Assembly (NCBI RefSeq): GCF_964355755.1
Contig: NC_092678.1
Location: forward strand, 9,192,422 to 9,256,421
Reading direction: 5' to 3'
Source of the DNA: Antedon mediterranea
Lineage: Eukaryota > Animalia > Echinodermata
Length of the DNA: 64,000 nucleotides
Shown piece by piece: positions 48,104 through 59,539 of this stretch. The position numbers and the translations under genes are program-made. How positions within the stretch are numbered: the first letter of the stretch is position 1; the number at the start of each line of letters is the position of its first letter. Below the pieces are notes generated by a model. The model did no database searches. It was not told where the DNA came from and saw only the letters and a list, made by a program, of their open reading frames with translations.

Positions 48104-51073
48104 AAAGTAGGCGATGAAGAGAATGCCACAGATAATACAAACGATACGAACTCTTCTACAATCAACTCAGAAAATGAAATTGACTCTGTTAAGGATAATT
48201 TGCTTACAGATATTGGTAATGTATTTAATGGAAAAGGGCTTAATATTTTAGGTTTAAACATCGTTACCCTCCCTGGAAAATTTGATGAAATCAAATACTT
48301 AATGGAAAATAACAATGTTGACATTGTAGCTTTAAATGAAACACGTCTTGATAATACTATAAGCGACAATGAAATTGAGATTAATGGTTTTAATGTTGTT
48401 AGAAAGGATAGAAACCGAGAAGGAGGGGGTGTAGCAGTATATATAAGTCAAAACTGTTCTTTTAATTATGAAATTTTAGAAAATTTAATGAGTCCTAATC
48501 TTGAAGCAATTGTTATCAAATTAACTAAACCGAAGAGAAAACCTATTTTAATTATTGCATGGTATCGCCCACCTAATTCATGTACTGATACATTTGATGA
48601 ATTTGAAAAAATTCTTAAACAAATTGAAAGAGATAATACTGATAATGAAATTATTTTAATTGGGGACATAAACTGTGACCTTCTATCATCAACTCCATCT
48701 TACTATACTTTAAAATTAAAAGAATTAACAAATAACTATCACTTAACACAATTAATTTCTGAAGCTACGCGAATTTCAGATCACTCTAGTACTTTAATTG
48801 ATCATATTTATGTTTCATCGCCAGAAAAAATAACTAACAGTGGTGTACTTCATACTGGTCTTAGTGACCACTCCGCTATCTACATCAAATTTGGAAAAGC
48901 ATACAAAGAGAAAAGTAACCATAGATTTAAAACAAATAGGAACTATAAACATTTTGATGAAAATAAATTTAAAACTGACTTACTTAATACAAATTGGGCT
49001 GAAATTAAGAATTATACTGATGTTGATGATGCTGTTGATTTCTTTCAAAAAACCTTTCTTAATATTGCAAATAAAAATGCACCCATTAAACGTAAAAGAG
49101 TTCGCCAAAAAAACAGTCCATGGCTAACTAAAAATGTAATACTTCTCATCAGAAAAAGAGATGCATTAAAAAGACGAATAAATAAGAAAAATAGGCTTCA
49201 GCTTTGGCCTGAATATAGAAAATTAAGAAATCAAGTAAATTATGAACTTCGAAAAAGTAAGAAGAACTATTTTTCTGAACAACTCAATACTAAAGATCAG
49301 AAAAAGATATGGGAAAATATTAAATTAATTATTCCTGGCAAAACTAAAAGCATGAATATAACAAGTATTAAAACCACAAATGATGAAGAAAATGATGAAG
49401 TAACTAATTCTAAAGATATTGCAAATGTATTAAATAAATATTTTGCCAATGTGGGTCCAACATTAGCTCAAAGTATTCAATCTACTAATCAACTTTCTAA
49501 CTTTACTAATGATTTAAATAATACTAACGACAAATTAACTTTTAAATATGTTAATAAACAAGACATACATAAAATTCTTAACTCACTTTCATCAAAAAAA
49601 GCAACTGGAACTGATGAAATACCAGCTAATCTTCTAAAAATCGCTATTGACGAAATTGTTTACCCAATAACATTTATATTTAATTTATCTTTAAAATATT
49701 TAACTTTTCCAAAACAATGGAAAAGGGCCAAGATCTGCCCTCTTCATAAAGGTGGAAATAAAAATGAATGTAATAATTATAGGCCAATTTCAATTCTCCC
49801 AATATTATCTAAAGTTCTTGAAAAAGTTGTATTTGAACAAGTTTATGATTTCCTAAATCTAAACAAAATGCTATATGAAAATCAGTCTGGGTTTAGACCA
49901 GGCTACTCAACTACGACTGCATTGCTTAATATCACAGAGACCTGGCTAGAAGCCATTGACAAAGGAAATTATATTGGGTTAGTAATGATAGACTTGAAAA
50001 AGGCTTTTGATACAGTAAATCACAGTATTCTTATCAATAAACTAAGATCTTTCAATTTTCATTCAAATGTTATTCAGTGGTTTGAAAACTACCTGCAAAA
50101 TCGTGTACATATAACCAATGTAAATGGTGATTCTTCTGATGAAAGTCACAGTATATGTGGAATTCCTCAGGGGTCCATCCTTGGACCATTAATGTTTCTC
50201 CTTTATGTTAATGACTTGCCTAATGCTGTAAATAAATGCTCTGTTTCTATGTATGCTGATGACACTGCCATATACTACACTTCCAATAATATTAATAACC
50301 TTACTGAAACAATAAATTCTGACTTATTGTGTCTTAAAAGATGGCTCATATGCAACAAACTTAGCCTAAATGTTAAAAAAACTGAATTTATGTTAATTGG
50401 AACGAGTCAGAGGTTAAGTAAACTATCTGACTTACAAGTCAACATTAACATAGATGGAGAACCAATCTCTCGTGTAAATAAATGTAAACACCTTGGTGTG
50501 ATATTAGATAATAATCTTTCTTGGTGCTCACAAATCGATAATGTTAAATCTAAGGTTTTGCAGAGCTTGTACTACTTAAAAAAGACTAATAATATATTTC
50601 CAAAAGAAATTCAATGCAAACTATACAAATCACTTATGGCTCCTCATCTTGAGTATTGCCATGTTGTTTGGGGACATTCAAATATAACTCAAAGTAAAAC
50701 ACTACAAGTTCTTCAAAATCGCGCAGCAAAAGTTATTACAAACAAATCTCAAACCGACTCTAGTACTCAAGCTCTACAAAGTCTAAATTGGATGAACTTA
50801 GATGAAAGATTATATATAAATGAAGCTATTGTTATGTTTAAGATTATGAATAACCTTGCACCTCCATATTTATTAAATAAGTTCAATATCAAAAACAATT
50901 ACTATGATATTAGAACTAAGCCAAATTTAATTGTACCAAAACCAAACACAAACTACAAAAAACGTAGCTTATCATATAGAGGTGCCAAGGTTTGGAATGA
51001 GCTACATGAAGATATTAAAAATGTGAACTCTGTCTCTCTTTTTAAGAAACTGTTAACTGCTAATTTCATGTAG
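48104..51073 (+). CDS. LINE ORF2 (APE endonuclease plus reverse transcriptase)
   Basis: Open frame from 48104: LNET, WYRPP, GDIN, IDH, SDH, NYRPISIL, DLKKAFD, PQGSILGP, YADD; true start unknown. Confidence 0.93.
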   Translation, partial: KVGDEENATDNTNDTNSSTINSENEIDSVKDNLLTDIGNVFNGKGLNILGLNIVTLPGKFDEIKYLMENNNVDIVALNETRLDNTISDNEIEINGFNVVRKDRNREGGGVAVYISQNCSFNYEILENLMSPNLEAIVIKLTKPKRKPILIIAWYRPPNSCTDTFDEFEKILKQIERDNTDNEIILIGDINCDLLSSTPSYYTLKLKELTNNYHLTQLISEATRISDHSSTLIDHIYVSSPEKITNSGVLHTGLSDHSAIYIKFGKAYKEKSNHRFKTNRNYKHFDENKFKTDLLNTNWAEIKNYTDVDDAVDFFQKTFLNIANKNAPIKRKRVRQKNSPWLTKNVILLIRKRDALKRRINKKNRLQLWPEYRKLRNQVNYELRKSKKNYFSEQLNTKDQKKIWENIKLIIPGKTKSMNITSIKTTNDEENDEVTNSKDIANVLNKYFANVGPTLAQSIQSTNQLSNFTNDLNNTNDKLTFKYVNKQDIHKILNSLSSKKATGTDEIPANLLKIAIDEIVYPITFIFNLSLKYLTFPKQWKRAKICPLHKGGNKNECNNYRPISILPILSKVLEKVVFEQVYDFLNLNKMLYENQSGFRPGYSTTTALLNITETWLEAIDKGNYIGLVMIDLKKAFDTVNHSILINKLRSFNFHSNVIQWFENYLQNRVHITNVNGDSSDESHSICGIPQGSILGPLMFLLYVNDLPNAVNKCSVSMYADDTAIYYTSNNINNLTETINSDLLCLKRWLICNKLSLNVKKTEFMLIGTSQRLSKLSDLQVNINIDGEPISRVNKCKHLGVILDNNLSWCSQIDNVKSKVLQSLYYLKKTNNIFPKEIQCKLYKSLMAPHLEYCHVVWGHSNITQSKTLQVLQNRAAKVITNKSQTDSSTQALQSLNWMNLDERLYINEAIVMFKIMNNLAPPYLLNKFNIKNNYYDIRTKPNLIVPKPNTNYKKRSLSYRGAKVWNELHEDIKNVNSVSLFKKLLTANFM

Positions 51074-52062
51074 CTTTATTTAAATGTAGTGTATTATTTA
51101 ATTTTATAGTTAGTAAGTGTATCCTTGTTTATTTTATTGTAATTGTTTTATTATCTGCTTTTGTTTTTTTGCTTCTGTAATTGTTTTATTACTTGATTTG
51201 ATATTTGCTTTTTACATTTATTTTTGTTGGTGTTTTCCTTTGAGCACGGTCTTACTGAAAAACAACTTTTAGTTGAGTTAAGTATCCGTGATTAAATAAA
51301 GCTTATTATTATTATTATTATTATAATATAGGCCTACCACAGAACAAGAAAAATATTTAGTTTAATCTTGCAATTTCGTGCATATCACCTTACACAATAT
51401 CATATCGTACAAAACAGGTCTGTTAGGTTTTTTCGTACAATAATGCATCCATCCTTTTGTTTCGGACTCGACCGACTCTTCGGATAGGAAGGCTGCTTAA
51501 AAACTACCGTGTGTGCGATAGGCAGCACAACGAAACCGACGAGGCTAGCCGTGATTGACCAATTATGTATTGTATTGTCGAGGGCCCCAATGATCAGCTT
51601 TACTCAATGGGCTACCCCCATAAAACATGAAACGAAATTAAAAGTCTACAGGACCAGCCCACCATGGTTGGGTGGAGCTAATAATTTAGAAAAATAGAGT
51701 TGCCCGGAAATTAGACTTCGAAATATGGAAAGAAAGTCTCCAGGACCAGCCCTGCCTAACCTAAATTAACTTAACTCTCTAAATATCTCTCTTTCAAAAT
51801 AAAAGAAAACATTTTATATTAATTTAAAAAAAGAAATCCGTAGAGATCCAAACCCCAGCTGGTAGAGATGAGAAAATCCAAACGATAGTTACTAGAGCAC
51901 TACCCGTTATGCCACAATGTACACGAGTAATGAAAGGTGACAATAATATAGTCTTATACGCGCTTCACATTGCGTCATTCTAATCGTTACGTCTTAAATT
52001 TGCATATTCATAACGTTATTTTGAGGAAATGAATCTAGTTTTAACCTTGCTTTAAACAAGAG

Positions 52063-52316
52063 GGCCGGATAGCTCAGTCGGTAGAGCGTCGTGGAAGACG
52101 ATTATTGTGAGTTCAAACCCCATACCGGTCGGTGGAAAAGAGTTAAAGCTATGCGAGCTTCTGTGTTTGGGGTTCACACATTTCAACGTCCCCCTTTTCA
52201 CATCATGAGGCAATAACATCAAAGCATCTGATGTGTGGTACCCCCAAGACTGTCTGAGGGCCTTACCATGCTAGTGGCAAGGCGCACACCATCATTTTTT
52301 TGGCTACCCGCCTCTT
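52063..52316 (+). mobile_element. tRNA-derived SINE (family 2)
   Basis: ggccggatagctcagtcggtagagcg (A box) and gagttcaaacc (B box); body shared with 45318-45588. Confidence 0.75.
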
Positions 52317-53635
52317 TCCGATCTCGTAAATTTTATGTTTGGCGCCCTCAATTTTAAGAACACCTAAGTTATGTCAGAAAATTTGGAACAAATAAATAGA
52401 AATGTGTAAAGATGCCGGTGCCTGGCTAATATATTCTCTCTATTTATTTAAATTAGAGGGTGAGCTCGCTTCGCTCGCTCCCCCTCTAGGAAGTGTAGAC
52501 GATGGTTCTCGGAATGATAATGTTCTCCTTACGTTTTCTGTCGGTTACCATTATTGAAAATGCTTGACATTCGTAAAACTAAACTATTCTGTTTCACAGT
52601 GTCTTGATGATTAATAACATTTTAAAGTATAGTGTTTATTGTTTGTTAGGGCCCTTTGGGGAGGCGGAGTTCATTTGAGGGAGGTGCTTATTCGAGGGAT
52701 ATATGTTAATCAAATGAAATCCTTTATTAATATATGAAAAGTGGTAAAAAGAATAACAAATGCTTGGTAAATTGTAGATAACAGTGAGATGAATTCTACT
52801 ACAAATAGTATAATTGTGTTATTATAAATGTGGATGGACGTTTATTAGATAGTTGGGTTGTGGGGGTGGGGGGATTATTATTCAAAGTGATGTTTTATTG
52901 GAGAGGCGTTTATTCAAATAAACACCATCCTAATAATTATTAATACATTATTTAATTTAAACATCTTTTGAAACTAACTGCCGTGACAGAGTGGGCCTAA
53001 GAAAAAAGACATTACGGCTTGCAACATGGGCAGACATCTCGGTCCTAACGGGACACAGATAGCCTACAATTATTCCTGCCAGCTTACTCAATAAAACTCA
53101 GCTATCAGGATTTCACTCGATTTTAAACAAAATGTCTTATCATCAAATCTCCCTATGTAATTGACCGCGAAGAATTGAAATTGAGTTGAAATCTACTGTT
53201 GAAATCATAAATTTTGTTAAAAAACTCTTTATAATATCTTCCTAAGATAGAAATATGGAACAATAGCGTCGAACTGAAAACTAATGTTATCAAATCTATG
53301 TTTCGCAGTACATTTGAGATAGATATGGTAGGTATCCAAGGCGGAGATTTGTACCGAAGTTTTTGCATTGTGCTCGCCTATGTCAGAATTAACCATAATT
53401 GATATATAGATACATATGCATTATTGTAATAAATAATTTTCACAATTTGTTGTGAATTTTTAACTTTGAACAAACGAAAAGGATTTCAAACCATGTACTA
53501 CATTTTACTGTGTTTGAGCATGAAATGATATTGAGTTAAGAGACTGAATAAGCATGGCCGTCCAACTAATCCATTGATCGCGGTCAACTGTAAATATATT
53601 ATTTATTATTGCTACCCCTATACAAATATTGAACA

Positions 53636-54120
53636 GTTGGTATGCCGTGCGTTATTATGCAAATGAGTGCAGGTGTAGTGGGGAAGAGGGTGTTGTTAGT
53701 CACTGCGGTAAACATGCCACACTGTTGAATGTTGATGTTGTTGATCTTTACATTAGAAGATTATTCAAATCTTGTAAAAAAAAGGGCAGGAACCTAGCAG
53801 ATCCCCTCATTTAGTTTGAAAGTACAGTAATCTCGAAAAGAAGTCCATCTGGAAAAGAAGTCCGCCCAAGAATACTAAAAAATGAAGGAGCACATTTGTC
53901 TTCAATTGGCCTTAGTGCTGAGGCGGGAAGAGCACACGATAACATCTTTTATTTTTCTGTGGCTTTCGTCACCCGATTTTTGATGTTGTAAATGTTATGT
54001 TTAGCACAAAAATCAAAATTTAACAGTGTGGCGTGTTGACCGCGAATGACTGTCAATACCATCTTTCCCACTACACGTACCTGCACAAACTCATTTGCAT
54101 AACAACGCCGACATACCAAC
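53636..54120. mobile_element. MITE with about 100-bp imperfect inverted arms
   Basis: gttggtatg..atgcaaatgagt..ccacactgttgaat versus atttaacagtgtgg..actcatttgcat..cataccaac. Confidence 0.65.
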
Positions 54121-54174
54121 GAGGAGCTGAGATATAAATTCTTTTCTAAACAGGTAACGAAAAGAGTTATAATT

Positions 54175-54282
54175 GGTTATCCGCACTTGGCGGATAACAC
54201 CTTGTTATTTTCAGGATCTTTTTTTTTTGGGTTATCCGCACTTGGCGGATAACCCCTTGTTATTGTCAGGATCTTTTTTTTT
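54175..54282 (+). repeat. Two tandem HINE-like end fragments
   Basis: ggttatccgcacttggcggataac hairpin plus T tract, twice. Confidence 0.7.
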
Positions 54283-54292
54283 CTTTGTTCTT

Positions 54293-56451
54293 TTTAGTCG
54301 CGTGGACGCGACTCTATAGTTCACTATGTCGGTCGGTCTGTCGGTCTGTCGGTCTGCTTGTCGGTCCGGTATCACTATGCGTTTTATCGCTTTCTGACTG
54401 TTTCGGATTTCAAACTTTGACGTTGGTGGCGTAAATATTTATTTTGATTGTACACAGAATTGTCAGCAAGATATAACGCTTATTATCTAATAGTAGATAC
54501 TGTAACTTTCTTATTTCTGACAGTGATACGTGGGAGTACTACGTACGTTATTTAACCTTTAAGTTGTGTTAATGTTCTAGACTTGGATATTAAAATTATT
54601 TGTTAGGCTATTTAGTTAAGTGTTTCGATCGGCTAATTGGCCATAAGCCTGACTAGCCTAGCTAGCCCTCGTGTAGTACTAGTAGTAGTTTGACTGTATG
54701 TATCTGCTATGCTGTTTTGCGGGGTTGTTTGCACACGCAGCTAGCTGTACTGCCTTGTGCGTGTTTTCATTGAGTTTATTTGTGTTTCAGACTTTACCGA
54801 AGAATAAAGAACGGTTAAAGCAACTACCACGAGTTTGTGTATCATTGTCCGGATTACTGACCTTATCTTTATATCAGTTTAATCTAGCTAAGTCATTTTT
54901 TTCACAGTATATTCCTTATGGCCAGGAATTGATGTGGTTATGTTTTCACGGTGCGCAATAAAAAATTACGCGGTCTACGCACGATTTAACGAAATCACGT
55001 TTGTAATCATATCTTCACAACCATGAATCACAATTAAATAAAATTTGGTACTCATACATACGGTGGCCCACAACTGTCACGCACACTATAACACAGAATC
55101 ACACAATTAAAGAAGGAATTACACAATTAATGAAGGAATCACACAATTAAAGAAGAAATCGCACAATTAAAGAAGAAATCGCATATAAACAAAAGAAAGC
55201 ATAAAAATATAAAACGAAATGCACAATTAAAGAAGAAACGCGCAATTAAAGAAGAGCTAATCACAATTAAAGAAGTCCGCAACAAATTCGAAAGCTCCTC
55301 GCACAATTAAAGAAGTCCGCAACAAATTCGAAAGCTCCTCGCACAATTAAAGAAGTCCGCAACAAATTCGAAAGAGCCGAACGTAATGGTAAATGGGCCA
55401 AATATAAATGCGCCGAATGCTGAAAGAGCCGAACGTAATGGTAAATGGGCCGAATAGAAATGCGCCAAATGCTAAAAGAGCCGAACGTAATGGTAAAAGA
55501 GCCGAATAGCATTAAAGTTTGCTTCCGGAGGCAGCGATGGCGTTCCATACGGACTACTGTACTTTAATTGTGCGCGAGGTACTTTCGAATTTGTTGCGGA
55601 CTTCTTTAATTGTGCGAGGAGCTTTCAAATTTGTTGAGAACTTCTTTAATTGTGCGAGGTACTTTCGAATTTGTTGCGGACTTCTTTAATTGTGCGAGGA
55701 GCTTTTGATTTTGTTGCGAACTTCTTTAATTGTGCGAGGAGCTTTCGAATTTGTTGTGGACGTCCTTAATTGTGCTTAGCTCTTCTTTAATTGCGCGTTT
55801 CTTCTTTATTTGTGCATTTCGTTTTATATTTTCATGCTTTCTTTTGTTTATATGCGATTCCTTCTTTAATTGTGTGATTTCTTCTTTAATTGTGTGATTC
55901 CTTCTTTATTTGTGTACATATGATTTATATAGTGTGCGTGACAGTTGTGGGCCACCGTACATACATAAATGTCAGGGCATAAATCATCATATGGCAATAC
56001 AATTACGTGCGTAGCGCATGTTACGCATGCGTACGCGCGCTTAAAATTTTCAAAATTTATTTTCGATGAAATAAGAGTACGTTTCAGGCAATTTTAAGCG
56101 TTTACAAAATTGCCATGAGTGCGCAGATTTTTGCGCGCGCAGTGCGCGTTAAATGTTATCTCGCACTCTTTTTGCCCGATTTCTGTTTTCTTGACTTACT
56201 TTTTAACTCGAAATTACGTTATACGAGCACGTCAAAAGTGACAGGCTACGCACGTGTAAATTAAAAAAATATAAATGTTTTTAAACATTTCAACATTTTT
56301 AAACATGTTCAGTAATTTCGGTCAGTATAGTTCACTATGTCGGTCGGTCGGTCGGTCGGTCTGTCTGTCTGTCGGTCTGTCTGTCGGTCTGTCTGTCGGT
56401 CCGGTATCACTATGCATTGTAGCACGCGACTTAATGGCTGTTGGCCTTGTT
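54293..56451 (+). mobile_element. Helentron/DINE-1-like element with (GTCK)n microsatellites
   Basis: 5' agtcgcgtggacgcgact hairpin; subterminal cacgcgact at 56423; 3' hairpin ggctgttggcc then ttgtt; duplicated atagttcactatgtcggtc..ccggtatcactatgc block. Confidence 0.65.
55061..55957. mobile_element. Foldback MITE with long modular TIRs, TA (or TACATA) TSD
   Basis: cggtggcccacaactgtcacgcacactata versus its perfect reverse complement; arms built of cacaattaaagaag repeats. Confidence 0.9.
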
Positions 56452-57112
56452 AAATGTGTTGGTGGTTTCAGAAATGACGACTTCGGTTGGCAAACTATTC
56501 AAATATATAATTATTCATTGTGAAAAAGTGATTCTCTATATAGTAGCCTAATGCATTGTTTTTACATTTTGTTGTTTAAAATCATGTTCGCAGTAACTTT
56601 ATGATTTCGTTATTACTTAAAAAAACCTTTAAACAAATTGATTGTTTTTGATATTAAATTCGATATTTAAAGCCTTGTGAATGTTATACATTTTCAAAAC
56701 AAAAGACTCAACTCCCTCCATACGCTACATAGGCATAGTTGGACACAAACATGGCCGGTGTAAGATTGAAAATGTGTCCGGTTTTTGAAAGTGTTCACCG
56801 GACAATTTTCAGCATTGAATAGTGTAACACCAGCTGTTGAAAATGGTTGCAACCACCAGGGCAGTTTTCATCGATAACAAAGTGAGTAGGATCGACCATC
56901 GACTGTCACATCATCTTAATCCTGTAAAACTAGGCCGTTGGACATTTACCGACTCCCTGGGTAATTATAATTCCTTAGAAAACAAAACAAAAAAATATGT
57001 CGATCCAAATAAATATTATTAATATTGTTATATCAGACAGTCTTATTATACTACCTTTTTACAGAAGAGACATATCAATTTAACGTCAATGGACGTAATT
57101 TGAAAAAAAATA

Positions 57113-58160
57113 TAATGGTCGCTAATTGGAGGTGTCTTTAAGTAAAATGATCTTTAATTGAAAGTGGACCAGTACAAGTACCCCTACCAATTAATAAATG
57201 GTCGCTAATTGGAGGTATTTTAAGTAAAGTGGTCTTTAATTGGAGGGGGACCAGCTGTACAATTACTTGTATTTTGTCACATAATTAAAACTATGGTCGC
57301 TAATTGGAGGTCTATAAGTAAAGTGGTCTTTATGGAAAAGGACCAGTACAATATTACTTGTTTTAATCACAAAATAAAAACTATGTATTCTTTTTGTCTT
57401 TATTCATACTAAATAATATAATGGTCGCTAATTGGAGGTTTCTTTAAGTAAAGTGATCTATAACTGGAAGAGGACTAGTACAGTTACTTAATTTTGTCAC
57501 TATCATAATTAAAACTATGTATTCTTCTTTTATTTACTCCTACCAATTAATAAAATGGTCGCTAATTAGAGGTGTCTTAAAGTAAAGTGACCTTTAATTG
57601 GAAGCGGACCAGTACATTTACTTAATTTTGTCACATAATTAAACTATTAATTATTCTTGCCTTTACTCATACCAATTAATAAAAATGGTCACTAATTAAA
57701 TAAAAATGGTCACTAATTAGAGGTGTCTTAAAGTAAAGTGATCTTTAATTGGAAGCGGATCAGTACAATTACTTAATTTTGTCACATAAATTAAAACTAT
57801 TAATTATTATTGTCTTTACTCATACCAATTAATAAAATGGTCGTTAATTGGAGGTGTTTTAAGTAAAGTGGTCCTTTATTGAAAGAGGACCAGTACAATT
57901 ACTTGTTTTTTGTCACATAATTAATAACTATATTCTTCTTGCTTTATTAATACTAAATAATATAATTCATGAATATAAATTCATGGTCGCTAATTGGAGG
58001 TGTTTTAGGTAAAGTGATTTTTATTCGGAAGAGGACCACTTCATTTACTTGTTTTTGTCACATACTTAAAAATTATTTATTCTTCTTGTCTTTTCACATA
58101 TACCAAATAATATAATGGTCCCTAATTGGAGGTGTTTAGGCAAAGCGATCTTTAATTAGA
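57113..58160 (+). repeat. Minisatellite of about 85-150-bp units, about 9 copies
   Basis: atggtcgctaattggaggtgt..aagtaaagtg..ggaccagtaca recurs throughout. Confidence 0.9.
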
Positions 58161-58449
58161 AAAAAAAAACTAGTTTGGCATCATTAAGTATTATTGGTTA
58201 TTAATAAAAGAAGACAAGACAAGTGCATGCGTGATCAAAACCTGACTCTCAAATCCCAACCACCTATCATAAAACGTAATAGTGGACGCATTTCAATCCA
58301 TGGGTCAGACATTATTAAACGGGCCGGACAGCATTAAATTGTTGAAAAACGCCCACGAACCCGTTGAAACATGCAACTGGACACTATCCAATGTTGAAAA
58401 GTGTCCGCCCGGACGGACACTTTTGAATGCTGGACACATTTCAATCTAA

Positions 58450-58643
58450 AGGGCCTTCCACACCTGCTCCGGCACGGTTCCGGTCCGGCGACGGCAAATC
58501 CAATCGAACGTCAATGTTTCGTTTTTACGCGGCTACGCGCATATCGACTGGTGCTTGGCCGCGTGGAGCGTCGTGAAAACGAAACATTGGCGTTCGATTC
58601 GCCGGACCGGAACCATGCCGGCGGAACAGGTGTGAAAGGCCCT
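58450..58643. mobile_element. Palindromic Harbinger-like MITE
   Basis: taa|agggccttccacacctg..cggttccggtccggcga / tcgccggaccggaacc..caggtgtgaaaggccct|tta. Confidence 0.85.
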
Positions 58644-58970
58644 TTACACCGGCGTGCACACCACGTGACTTTCTAAAATCCGTGAAGTAGCCCGCCCGCA
58701 TTAAATTAGAAAGTCAAAATCTAGAGGGGATCTGACTGAGATGATAGGAATTAATAGTTTTGACTTTCTAGTTTGGAGGGGGCGCTGCTACATGCTGTGA
58801 AATGGCGTCGCCCAGTTTGACCTTTTAACCCTGTACTTCCGATACTATGTTTTGAATGCAAATTGAAGAACAGAGCCTGTGATTCTTGTGTTATAATTAT
58901 AAGTTCTTTGAATATACCACCACCGGCCAGCCACCTCCGAAAATGGACCTATTCATATGACGTAACAATA

Positions 58971-59263
58971 ATGAGTGACGCTACAGAGATGTTGAAAGTT
59001 TTAACTTTTAGTTGTTTGTTATCACTTTTTTCACTTATATGTTCAGATGTTGTATCTTCAGGGCAGTTTAAATATTTCTTTAGTAACTGGGGATTTTATG
59101 ACAAGAAATATACTTATTTTAGTGAAATAGAAAGGACAGAAAACTTAGCCCATGTTTGCCGTATGTTTCAACATGGCTACGATAGCTACTTACATTACGC
59201 CTTTCCAAAGGATGAATTGGACCCTATAAACTGTCGAGGTCGTGGACCAGACAAGGCCGATCC
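58971..59263 (+). CDS. EDEM1: ER degradation-enhancing alpha-mannosidase-like protein 1, first coding exon
   Basis: Hydrophobic N-terminus, then MFQHGYDSYLHYAFPKDELDPINCRGRGPDKADP, matching recalled EDEM1 [22 protein letters not shown]; donor GTAAGT at 59264; start may instead be 58989; no later exon found in the window. Confidence 0.9.
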
Positions 59264-59539
59264 GTAAGTACGTCGAGCCATCATGCTCAGTCTGTGTTTC
59301 TTCTCAGTCAGTCACGTTTTCTGGGGCCGATCGTCTTGGGCCCGATCGTCCGTGGTCCCGATCGTCTGTTCCCCGGCCTAGGCCTAGCCTAGCCTAACTA
59401 AGGGTAGGCCTAGCCTATTATTATAGGCCTAGCCTAGCTAGCTAGGGGGTGTCACGATTTACAACAATGAAATAGGGACTTGCATAATTATATTTTTTGA
59501 TTTATCTTTCAGAAAGAGTATATAATCATTAGCATTTTA

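Larger units (their letters stand above)
47847..51323 (+). mobile_element. Young 5'-truncated L2/CR1-group (Crack/Daphne-like) LINE
   Basis: ORF1 3' end, intact ORF2, T-rich 3' UTR, AATAAA and an (ATT)n tail at 51303-51323. Confidence 0.92.

Noticed and set aside
52063-52135. Functional tRNA gene
   Set aside because: No proper cloverleaf, and it continues into a SINE body shared with 45318-45588.
55090-55920. CRISPR-like or coding repeat (ORF 55267-55548)
   Set aside because: These are subrepeats within the arms of a foldback MITE.
57113-58160. CRISPR-like array
   Set aside because: The inter-repeat segments are homologous to each other rather than unique spacers; there are no cas genes and the context is eukaryotic.
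58863-58970. N-terminal extension of EDEM1 from a TTG start
   Set aside because: A non-AUG start is unnecessary because ATGs at 58971 and 58989 directly precede the hydrophobic signal.
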